Positions 11,373 to 22,900 of a stretch of DNA of 64,000 bases are shown one piece after another. The notes below the pieces were generated by a model. It was not told the DNA's origin. It did no database searches and was given only the letters and a program-made list of their open reading frames with translations. The stretch comes from Carcharhinus longimanus (Eukaryota), in contig JASCQW010000032.1 of NCBI GenBank assembly GCA_030264375.1, positions 33,553,935 through 33,617,934 on the forward strand, read 5' to 3'. Each line of letters opens with the position of its first letter. Position 1 is the stretch's first letter. Position numbers and translations under genes: made by a program.

Positions 11373-14300
11373 CATGTGAAGTGTGGCCAGTTGAACAAAT
11401 TACTGGAGGATATCCAATGCCTGTGAAAAATTACTGCAGTGTATGTCAATACTTTCAAGAGTGGAGGAGCATGAACTGGAAGAGAAAGGATCATCATTTT
11501 CAATGGTTGTAGTTCTAGTAAGCTGCTACCCCCCCCCCCCCCCTTTGAATAGAAGCCCTCTTTCCTCCTGTCTACCCCTTGCACCAAGGCTTTTAGTGTT
11601 GAGACAAAGAATCTTTGCTTCCTGTCATGTTGTTCCATTCTTGTGTCTTTCCCAGATCAAGGCCATTTGTGCAATGAATTCCAGCAAAACTACACCTCCC
11701 CTTTCAGAGGTCCAGGTTGGTCTTAAGTTACACAGGTTGAATCTGTGCTAGCCACCCACATTTTTCACCCTCTACTCAGGCATGTAGCCATTCAGCAGCA
11801 CTGGTTGTTTTCTCAATCAGCCGGCAATCACAGAGGAGGTAAAACTGGCTGGATGCATTTGGGAGAATCTCAACTGAGGATATCAATCAGCTATCCTGAA
11901 TCAACAAGAAACTCAGACAGACATTCAGCTGGGAGAGGGTGGAAAACACTTGCCCAGTAGATTTGGTGTGGTGGAGAGTTAAATGACTTGCTAAAGGTCA
12001 AAGCATTGTGTCACCCTACAAACAATTATGTATTTCCTTTGCTATTATGAACAGAACTGTTGCCAAATATTGGATGATTGCACAAATTACAGGATATGTT
12101 TTCACAGCTATTGAATTATATTGTATACAAGGTACACTCATCAGCTGATAATGATCGGTCAGGCCATTGTTCGGGAAATCTAATGATTCATCATCAGAAC
12201 AATATTAATCTCTTTATACAGAAGAAATGCAGGATTTCACATTATTCATTATAGAAATTCTTTGGCGGTCTGAATGTTATTCTGTGCAAATATTTCAAAT
12301 ATGTCTGATGAAATCAATTGTGTTACAAATAATTATTCAGGATTGTCACTATGCACATTTAAAATTGATTCTTGTAAACAAAGTGATTTTCTGTCTTCGT
12401 TTATTTGGTTTTCTTGCAGAGATTTCTTTTCCTTAACACTTCCTCCAAGTGCCACGGTATATCTTCCAACAGGAATGCTCTACCTTCATTCACTGAATTA
12501 GAGACTAGTTGTAAGGAATTGGTCGGCATCATTTTCTATTGCAGCACCCTTACCCTTGTACTCACCCGCGTTCTGCAGGGAGTACAATCAGCTTTTGTTT
12601 TTGTACTTGACCAGTATGCAGGCTGAGGCACAGCACCATGTGACTGAGGCAGCTGGGCTGTTTTACTCTCACAAAGGCACTAGTAATTCCTCTGTAGCTC
12701 AGGGCACAAAGAAACAACAACATTCAGGCATACATTTTGAGTTTACCTCAGGCTGTTGAAAATGCATGATTTAATGGGATTTTGATGGAATTCCCTTTCA
12801 AATCAGCACAGCCAGTAACTATTGTTTTCCTTTGACCTGATTTCCCGATGAAGGTCTCTTTGTACATGTCGTACAATATACCTCCTTGCTTGAATGAAAT
12901 ATTTAGTTTGATTTTAATGTTACCATTTTCTAGCTTGCGTGAAACATTCTTTCACTGGACTTTCACATGGGTAAAATTGCTGATATTCCTCGAGTCATTT
13001 ACTTTGCAACTTTCAAAATGACCGATAATGCAATATTCCAGAATTACATTTTATATAAATACATTTTTCTTATTTTAATTGAACAAACTGATTTCTCATG
13101 GGGACCTTCTAGAGCAGGGTTGTGATGTATTTGACTTTCCTTGTCCTCTTGAGATCCATGGCACAGGTACTCCTTATAGTAGAGACAATTAATACTTGGC
13201 CTATGTTGTTGTGGAGGTGAGGGCTGAGTGGTATTATCGCTAGACTGTTAATTCGGAAACTCAACTAATGTTCTGGGTACTTGGGTTCAAATTCCACCAT
13301 GGCAGATTGTGAAATTTGATGTCAATAAAAAATATCTGGTATTAAAAACCTACTGATGACCACTATCAATTGTTGGAAAAACCCATCTGGTTCACTAATG
13401 TCCTTTAGGGAAGGAAATCTGCTGCCTTTACTCGGTCTGGCGTACACGTGACTCCAGAACCACAGCAATGTGGATGACGCTCAATTGCCCTCCCAGGGCA
13501 ACTAGGGCAATAAATGCTGGCCAGCCAGTGATGCCCATATCCTGTGAATGAATAAGAAAAACCAATGTCATATTCGGCAGTTGCTGGGTGAAGCACATTT
13601 TACCTCAATAATCACGGACTGGGGAGAGGAAAAATCAGCAACTGTTCCTGCTCCTGCTCATTCTGTGGTGAGCTTTGTTGGAAACACATGTGTATGTTTG
13701 GATGTTGGACACGGTCAGGCCTGCCAGTACTCACAGTCCAGGTTTATAGAAGATGAATGGCCATTTCAGCAAGATAAGAACATAAGAAATAGGAGCAGGA
13801 GTAGGCCATCTAGCCCTTCGAGCCTGCCCTGCCGTTCAATAAGATCATGGCTGATCTGATGTCAGTTGTCAGACATGTTCCAATAACAGAAGTATGTAAC
13901 AACTGAAAGCACATAAAGGGCTGACTTTGAGACAGATTTAATCTTTGTCTGATATCTGACCTGTGCTCTCAGTGTACTCACCTCTGTAAAAAGGCCCAAA
14001 GGCAGGATGGAGCTGGGGAACTGGAACCCAGGCCAGCATTTCGGTTTCCACATCCTTCTGATCCCGGCCGCTATGGGGCCAAATATCCAGCCCCTGAGTT
14101 GGGGAGAATGGTCTGGGTTTTGGGACATGCCAGTTTTTCATTACATGTCCCAGTCTCCTGACCATTTCCTCAAAATGGTTCAAATGTCCCAATTTGCAGC
14201 TTCCCCATTTATTCTGCAGAAGCAGAACGAATTTAGGTTTGCAAATGCGTCCTATATCTGACATTGTGCCCTGTGTTTGGTGTAGTTTGTGTCTGCTCTG

Positions 14301-16549
14301 CCCCACAATCAGCACAGTTTGAGTCTGCTTAAGGAGAAAGGGTACCAGTATGGTTGCTTCATGTGTTTCTGGTAATACAGTATGAAAGCTGCAAAGGGAA
14401 GTTTGTTTCTGTTGTGAGTGAGTTTTACCTCAGCTTGCCCCCATTTTCACTAATGGAAATTTGGTCACCCCTCCCCCCCGCTCTATTTGTTTCAAACAAT
14501 TTCTTCTACTCTCTATGCTAACTCTCTTGCATTTGATCATGTATCCAGTGCAGTATGAAGGGTTAGCAGATTCGATATGCTAATTATTGCAATTAATGTT
14601 AAGGATGTCATCATCTTGATGATGACATCAATTAGTCTTGTGTGAGACAAGCAAGAGAGAAGTTGGAATGAGGCCTAGGAGCAACATGCGTACTCTAACC
14701 TGTTTAAATATAGTACCAATGAAAAGTGTTAAGCAGATACCAGATAATGGCTCTAGTCTGTCTACAGGTCCCACGCTAACAGTTCAAGACTGAAGGATCC
14801 AATCACACAACATGATGGCCTCTCAGTACATCCAATTCACTGATTTTAGCCTCCTCAGCTGGAGCAACAGACATTCTATTTAACGATTTAAAATGTTAAA
14901 AAAAACTCCCCCAAATCGTTGGTTAATAAAATCAGTCCCAATGTTTCAACTCTTTCTCTCGTCATCATGGTTGTTCATAGCAGTGAATTGACACTGTTGC
15001 CATTGTCCTATATTACCTGATCAGAGTTTCACAGTGTACGTGACGGGAGCCAACACACAAACACCAGCCTCACAATCCAAACTAAAACAGCTCTCCCATG
15101 CAGTTCAAAGTAACATTAGCAGAAGACTGGGATCAATTCACCACTTCCTCACTCACAGCTGAGAAAAGATAAACACTTACGTTGCTTAAAGACGTCAAAT
15201 GCTCTCTTCAATGTGCTAGAGGAGGGAGAAAAATAGAAGACTGAGCAGACAGTTAGAATGATAAGATATAATCAGTGCAGAGGCAGCGATTGACAGTCAC
15301 TGAAATATATCATTATATCCACACTCCTTACAAACTTCAAATGTTGCTTTTGCACTTGTGGGTGTGAATTCAACTAACTATTAAATTCCCTTTATAGGAA
15401 TAGAGGCGTGTAGCAAGTTGTACCCTCGTTAGGAGTAACCTTAAAGTGGAACAAGCCTTCTTTGCATTCACAACGCCAGTATATTTCAGACAGTATTTTG
15501 TACTTGCAATTTATTCCCTATTTGTTAATTTGACTGAGGGACAACTTCAGAGGATGTTAAGAATTAACCTAATATTGTGGGATTGGATTCTATGCTGGCC
15601 AGTCTGGTGGCAAGGAATGACTTTAGCGAACCGATTCTGCTCACTGTCAATTTCAGTCATTTTTGATCCACAGATTACCAGCTTCATTGAGTTTCATTTC
15701 ACAACCTGCCATTATGACATTTGAACTCTTGACCTTTGGATTACTAGCGTAGTTAATCGGTAATTAAGAACATAAGAACATAAGAAATAGGAGCAGGAGT
15801 AGGCCATCTGGCCCTTCGAGCCTGCCCCGCCATTCAATNNNNNNNNNNNNNNNNNNNNNNNNNNNNNNNNNNNNNNNNNNNNNNNNNNNNNNNNNNNNNN
15901 NNNNNNNNNNNNNNNNNNNNNNNNNNNNNNNNNNNNNNCTTATTGAATGGCGGGGCAGGCTCGAAGGGCTAGATGGCCTATTCCTGCTCCTATTTCTTAT
16001 GTTCTTATGTTCTTACAACAAAGATAAGAAATGCTGCATCTGCACTTAGTCTTCTCCAGGTTAGCACAGTTCACAATGAGAACTGAGCAAAGAAGTTTGA
16101 GCTGTTGGCTCAATATGCCAATACCTGATTAGTATTATGTGTCTGCAAGCCATTGTATGTACAGGCTTCCCTCACAGCACTTCCATTCTTAAAGGGATAA
16201 TGGCATTTAAAACTGTAACTGCAAGAAAACATAATTGGCTATGGACAGAAAATTAGAAGAGCTAGACACCGGAAATGGTTATACTAGACACAAGAGTGGT
16301 CAAACATGACCCTAATAAAATGCCGAATGCAATGCAACAAGAGGGCAACTCCCACTAAAGCGTTGAAACTCTGAGTGGGGGCCATGACGGTGTGGGTCTC
16401 AACTGGGGGGCTCTGCAGGAGGGGGGCATGCGGGAGAGATTATGTGAGGAAGATTCACGTAGGGAGGTCTATATAGGGGGAACTGTGCCAGGGGTGGATC
16501 ATGAAGGATCCTAGAGGGCAATGGGTTTAGTGCAGAAAAAAGAAACAGC

Positions 16550-17900
16550 CGAATGACTTAAACTTAAGAGCTCTTGACACAGACGGCAACAGCAGTGTGG
16601 AGAGAGTAGGTGGCCATGAATGAAGAAAAGCTATCTGAGTAACGCAAAAGGAAAATAACGTGCAAAAACAAATGTAGTTTTTCCATAAGGAAAATGTTCG
16701 CATCATTGAACTGAAAACACAAGATTCAAGGTGAGTCAACAAGATGATGCACTGAACCTCTGAGTGAGTTACAGGGGCATACAAGAAAATAAAAAGGTTG
16801 AAAGAGCAATTAATTATCCCTCAAGATTAAATGCAAAAAGAATGTGTGACCATTCAGCAACATGAAGAAATGAAGACTGACTTAAACAACAGTATGGAAG
16901 CACAGCAGAAGAAACTTGAGACCATGTTGAATTACAGGAAAATTCAAGATGAATTATGCAAGCTTTGCAAAGAAAAGAAAACCCATTGAAAGCTCTGCAC
17001 ACACTAGAAGGATCCTCCAGGTTTGTATAGCACCACACTCGGTATGATATATCGAGTCATATGGTAATAGACTGAGAGTTTGTTCCTCTGGAAAATTACA
17101 AAGAGAAGTAAAATGAATTTAGAGTCACTTTGAACAAACTGAAGAATAAATTGGCAAGGCAGACTCAGCAATGATCAATATTCCAGGAGGAAGCTGAAAG
17201 TTACAGGAAAGAGATTGAGGAACTGAAGAAGCAATTGAATGAAAACAGAAGGCATGGAAAGGAAAAGACATAGAATTTTCCAAGCTGCGAGCAAATAATA
17301 AAGCCATGAGTAGCATAGTGATAGCACTGAAGGAGGACTGCACCAGAGACAGACCAACAGTGAATCCAAAATAAAGGACAAAGTTCTGTTCCAGACAAAG
17401 AAACAAAAGAAACAAAAAACAAATGTGATCAGAAAATGTAAATCTGACACTGAAGCACAAAAAACTAACAGATAAAGAAGCATTGGCTGTCTCAGACATA
17501 CTGAGAACCACTATGCTGAGTAAAAAGATTCATAAACTTGCAGAATGATTTGCAAGCAAAATAGCAAACAAATGGCTGGTTGAGTTGGTGAATCAAGTGG
17601 AAATGAAGGTTCCATTTGCGAAACATAAACGTCCAGCAAGGAGATGGTGGATGCCACAGAAAAAAAAAATTCAAGTTCACTTTAGGAATAAACAGAGTTC
17701 TTATTTCCCTCCGAAGGAACAGGTCAAACCCACGGTATCCAAAAAACAGATGAATTGTTCATAATGAGAAATGCAACTTGAAGGAGTGCATAAAGCAGAT
17801 CAAAGGGAGATAGCTAAGCAGCAGAACAGATAATTATCATTCTCCCAAACATGACAGACCAGGATGTGGAAGAACTCTCAAGCCTCAAGACTGTCAGAAT
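16550..17900 (+). pseudogene. Decayed UACA-like (ankyrin/coiled-coil) pseudogene fragment
   Basis: From 16834, QKECVTIQQHEEMKTDLNNSMEAQQKKLETMLNYRKIQDEL resembles recalled UACA EYISLAEHEAKMSSLSQSM...ILANYRKGQEEI. From 17079, FVPLENYKEK*NEFRVTLNKLKNKLARQTQQ*SIFQEEAESYRKEIEELKKQL aligns without gaps to YAPIVSFEECERKFKATEKELKDQLSEQTQKYSVSEEEVKKNKQENDKLKKEI. Multiple stops and frameshifts; outer limits approximate. Confidence 0.62.
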
Positions 17901-19013
17901 TTATAGAGTCAGAGGATTAACATGGGACTGTAGACTGCACATGGTATGATGTATAGAGTCACATGGTAATAGACTGAGAGAAGAATGTAGTGAGAGCTCT
18001 CTGGAAGCAGCCTGCCTGTATGGCAGCAGGACCATGCATGCTTGGAATCAGTAAATGGCTAAAGAATAACAAGAAATGCTTCATGTTCATATATGCAAAT
18101 CTCAAGGATGTTGATTTTGCCACCTTGTTGCATTTGGCACAGATTGCACCGATCCAGGAAAATAACATGCAGGCACAAAAATTGGTTTCACGCCCAGTAC
18201 AAAACATTTTGCAATTGTCCTGGTTTCTTTCTAATGGCAAATGGGATCACACCAGAAGGCTAATTAGCATGAGGTTGCCCGGATTTCAATCTCATGAGTG
18301 AATTCAGCATGTGATCATTCCCTCTTTTGGAATGTTCCCACCTCTCCAGCAGTAGCGCAAATCACTACTGGTCTCCACTAGAGAAGACTTGGCATGATTG
18401 TCAAACAGGGGTGGCTTGGAGGCCATTGAAGCCCCTGAGTGTTTGGGGGCATGGCCAGGCAGTGCCCATAGGGTGGTGCTCACCTGGCAATGTCACCTGG
18501 CACACTGGCAGTGCCCACTTAACATACTGGTAATGCCCACTGGACAGCATTGCGATACCAGTTGGGTGGCCTGGTGATGGCAGTTGTGCATCGCCAGTGT
18601 GCGGGGGCATTTCCAAGGGGGTGGGGTCCATGCCAGGATGGCTATGCGTGGATGGGAGTTGTGCAGGGATGAAAGGGGGTCAGAATGGGGGATCCATCAG
18701 GAGGCCCCAATGCCAGAGATCCATGTTGGGGTGGGGATGAGGAAACATACTATCAGTGAGGGGGAAGTCCCGAGGTCCTTGGAGGTAGGGGGTTTCCAAG
18801 TGCACTGTGAGATTGGAGTGTCCTCGAGAAATGATGCCCGAATGCTCTGCAGCCAGGCTTGTTGATGTATTTAGGGCCCCCTCCTCCCACCCTCATTACC
18901 AGCCTCACCTCACTGCACTCCAAAAACATGACTGAGTGTGGGACAATTACAGTGTAGAGCATGCCTGAGAGTCCATGCGGATCACTCCGTTGTTCTTCCC
19001 ATTATGACACTTA

Positions 19014-19149
19014 GGCCGGAATTTCTTGGCCGTCGACACCTGCGGGATTCTCTGGCCTTGTCGCAGTGAATGGAGATTTGGCTGAGCACCAAATTCTCTA
19101 TCTTTGCTTGCAGTGGCAATGGAGCATGAACTACCGGAAAGTTCAGGTC
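19014..19149. mobile_element. Short MITE, probably PIF/Harbinger type
   Basis: Imperfect terminal inverted repeats GGCCGGAATTT / AAAGTTCAGGTC, flanked by TTA on both sides (TWA target duplication typical of Harbinger). Confidence 0.5.
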
Positions 19150-20479
19150 TTAGTTTTTGGAAAACGCAGCCCAAGGTCTCATTGCTGAGACATCTAAAGA
19201 ACACACATTTCAAACGTTGGTGCCATCTGGTTCTGGCATTTCATAATGGTGACCAATTTTGATAGTCCAGTCAACATAGACTACAAAACATAGTGTTCCA
19301 GTCTGGTCTAGATCACATTTCCTTTCAGTATCTATTGTTCGGGTGCCAATACTGGTAAAAATGTATTGCACAATGGGAAAAATCCAAAATGGAATGTTTA
19401 ATTAAGCCAAAACATTAGCTTATTCCTCTGGCAGGCCTAATAAAATGGCAATCCTGGTTTCTAGTCAATTCTGAACTGAACGTGTAAAATCCTTCCAGTT
19501 CAAGCATGTAACTAAACATGAATGCAGTATGGGAAGCTTCACTAACAAAGCATTACTTCATAAGATAATTGTTAACATCTAAAATAATACTGCACTTTGG
19601 AAGAATAATTGAAAGAGTTTCCTTGTGACACTGCATAACTTCCGATTAAAACCTTATGTTCCATAATCACTTCCCACACATTGGGCTCTGCTGCTGACAA
19701 AGGATATGGGAACACATAGAAATTGCCTCATAGCAGCTCCCATGTATGAACTGGAATGTTAACAAAAGAATAAATTCCCCTCATAAATCAGTGTGGTTAC
19801 ATGAGAATATTAGGTCCCCTAAGAATTTTGTTTCAGGAATGTTAGAATTGGTGGCTTCTTCACTTTTTATATGTTCTATATCTGATAAATCTTTTTGCGT
19901 TTCCTCATTTTGAGTCCAAAAAATATGCATAAAGGAACACAGGATGAATCACTTTTCAATTTTGAGTATTCAGATTTACAGTTTTCACAGAAAAACACCA
20001 GTTGCAGAATTCACTCCTCCACGCCCTCCCCCACACCCATCCCATCAAAAATTCCAGATTAACAATTAATTGTTGGACATCCTTCCCTCTGCGTGCAATG
20101 ATGGATTTTTTTTATTATTCATTCATGGCACACATGGGCATCACTGGCTGGCCAGCATTTATTGCCCAATTCTTAGTTGCCTGAGGGCAGTTGAGAGACA
20201 ATCACATTGCTGTGGCTCTGGAGTCACATGTAGGCCAGAACAGGTAAGGACAGCAGATTTCCTTCCGTAAAGGACATTTGTGAACCAGATGGGTTTTCGG
20301 ACAATCGACAATGGTTTCATGGTCATCAGCAGATTCTTAATTCCAGGTATTTTTTATTGAATTCAAATTCACCATCTGCCGTGGTGGGATGTGAACCTGG
20401 ATTCCCAAAATATCAGCTGAGTTTCTGGATTAATAGTCTAGCAGTAATATCACTCGGCCATCATCTCCCAAATGTGGCA

Positions 20480-21570
20480 TATCAACCCCCTCGCTGATGG
20501 GGTAGGTTTATATGGTGACTGAAGAAACCAATCCATGTAAAACACAAGTGCCGCTCATGAAATGGAGCCTGGGGNNNNNNNNNNNNNNNNNNNNNNNNNN
20601 NNNNNNNNNNNNNNNNNNNNNNNNNNNNNNNNNNNNNNNNNNNNNNNNNNNNNNNNNNNNNNNNNNNNNNNNNNGGTGACTGAAGAAACCAAGCCATGTA
20701 AAACACACGTGCCGCTCTTGAAATGGAGCCTGGGGGAAGGGGGAGGGGCGGGGTGAGTGCTGAGGGCAAAAGGAGGGATGGCGGAGGTGAGGACCAGGCT
20801 GGGGCCAATGATGTTATGCCAGGGGAGGGGTGGTTGGGCAAGGTTTGGGGTTGGGACTGTGCAAGGGAAGAGCGTTGCTTCATTGCAGAGTGGCATGCAG
20901 GGTCCCCTGGTGTGCAAGGATAGGTATGTCCCATGCGGAATTTGATCTGGGTATTTAAATTAGTTACTCTGAAGTTAGAAGTGCTTTCCTTCCTTCTAGC
21001 TCTTTCAGAGTAACTATTCGGATAAAACTGGCAGAACTACCCAAAGTTAGCAACTTAAATGCTTTTTGTCCGATGGTTCCCAGCCCAGTGCAATTATCCA
21101 GGGGAACTTAGCCCTCTGGACAATTGCCAAGTAAACCTTTATAAGGGAACATTCATGAGGGATTCCCCAGCACATCTGGTGCTGGGGTGCCAGGAGGTTA
21201 CGGCCCCCAAAACATCTTGCAAATGGCCATCCAGAGGCTATACTCACCTTACAGCCCCAGGGAGACCTCTACGACAGGTTCACGTCTAGGTGAACCTGGT
21301 CTAAACAGCGCAAGTATGACATCACACTGGCACTCATTGAACATCCAGTGAGGCAAGTCCCAGAGAGACTGCTCACTAATAACATGCTAATATATTAAAA
21401 TGAGTTTCCTGGGTTCGCGTGGCATTTCATGCTACTCCACTGGCAAGCGGGAGCTGGAAGATCGGAACTCGGAAACCTGCCAGCGCAAATCGTGCTTTCC
21501 GAGTCTTTCCGGATTTTGTGTGTGCACTGCCATTCCCGCAGACAGAGAATGGGGGCTCAAAATTGCCCCC
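20480..21570. mobile_element. GC-rich non-autonomous DNA transposon remnant
   Basis: GC-rich block in AT-rich DNA ending ...AAAATTGCCCC; a similar block lies at ~18150-19010. Family not firmly assignable. Confidence 0.4.
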
Positions 21571-22614
21571 GGTGGGTGTGAAGATACATTAAAAGAATGT
21601 GCATGAACTGATATATCATGCATCAAGTTAGAGTGTTCCCAAAAATCTTTTTTTGACCTAGGGAAATGTCTGTTTACCATCAAAAAAGACATTCACGTGA
21701 CAGTCAAAAATGCAAAAAGAGTCCACTGGAGGATGAGTTGAATGTGCTGGTATGTAGTGCTGGAGAATTCTGCAATTAGTATGAAGGGACATATGGATGC
21801 ACAAGAATGCTTTCAGATCTTGACTGAGTTGCTATTAGATGTTTTCTTTCTTAAAGGCACATCAACTGAATAATGCACTCCACTTCTGGAAAAAACTGAC
21901 AAACATTTTAAAGACTTAAAACGACACCATGAACTTAAAAGCCTTTTAATAAATACAATTTGCTGAATATCCCTGTGACACACTAAGATCTTTGACATAT
22001 TCTGGTGATCCATTTCGAATTGCCCTTTCTCAATGTCTGTAGAATCTACGAATTCACATGCCAATGCAATGGTGGAGAAATTAACTCAAACAGCAAAAGT
22101 GAAAATTATGCATATTATAAACTGAAAATACTGGATTCCTGGGATTAATAAAGTAGAAAGAGTTCTATCTGAGGAGTTCAGATGGGAATAATGAACTCCA
22201 AAAAGCTATGGTCGAATGAGCTGTAACCATCATCTGAATCCTTCAGACAAATCACAGCTTTTAGATAATTTGCCATTACCATATTAATTGTTTACATATA
22301 TATCACTCAAATTTTGTGTCTGCAGCCCCTGCTGGTAATGAAAAGATAATGAGACCATTACAACTGGATGGGAAATTTAATACCTGTAACAATCTGGTTA
22401 ACGTACCGTGACAAGAGATTGTTATTTTAGGGTATTTGCTTTCAGATATCATTTGAACCTCTCAATTCTATTGCAGTCTTATGCCACATCAACTCGTTAC
22501 TATTTTATTTGTAGCATGAGTGTTTTGTTTTTATATGAGGATTTTCATTGGCTGTAGCAAAACAATCTAAAGCCCAGAAAGGGTATAATTTTTATGTAAT
22601 GATTATGCAGTAGA

Positions 22615-22900
22615 TATAGAAGCAGGCTATTTGGCCCTACGAGCCTGCTCTGCAATTCATTTTGATCATCAAATTCAAATTCTGATCCCTTTCCCTCCTA
22701 TCCCTTGATCCCTTTAGTCCCAAGAGCTATATCTAATTTCTTCTTAAAATCAGACAATGTTTTGGCCTCAACTACTTTCTGTGATAGTGAATTCCACCCA
22801 TTCGCCACCCTCTGGGTGAAGAAATTTCTCCTCACCTCAGTTCTAAAAGGCTTACCTCTTATCCTTGAACTATGACCCCTATTTCTGGACTCCCCCACCA
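22615..22900 (-). mobile_element. CR1 LINE 3' end
   Basis: RGHSSRIRGKPFRTEVRRNFFTQRVANGWNSL on the minus strand. Confidence 0.88.

Noticed and set aside
12566-12660. Minus-strand donor CGG|gtgagt with open frames upstream
   Set aside because: No convincing acceptor and no recognisable protein homology.
17125-17511. Hydrophobic minus-strand ORFs that look like membrane proteins
   Set aside because: They are the antisense shadow of the A-rich coiled-coil pseudogene on the plus strand.
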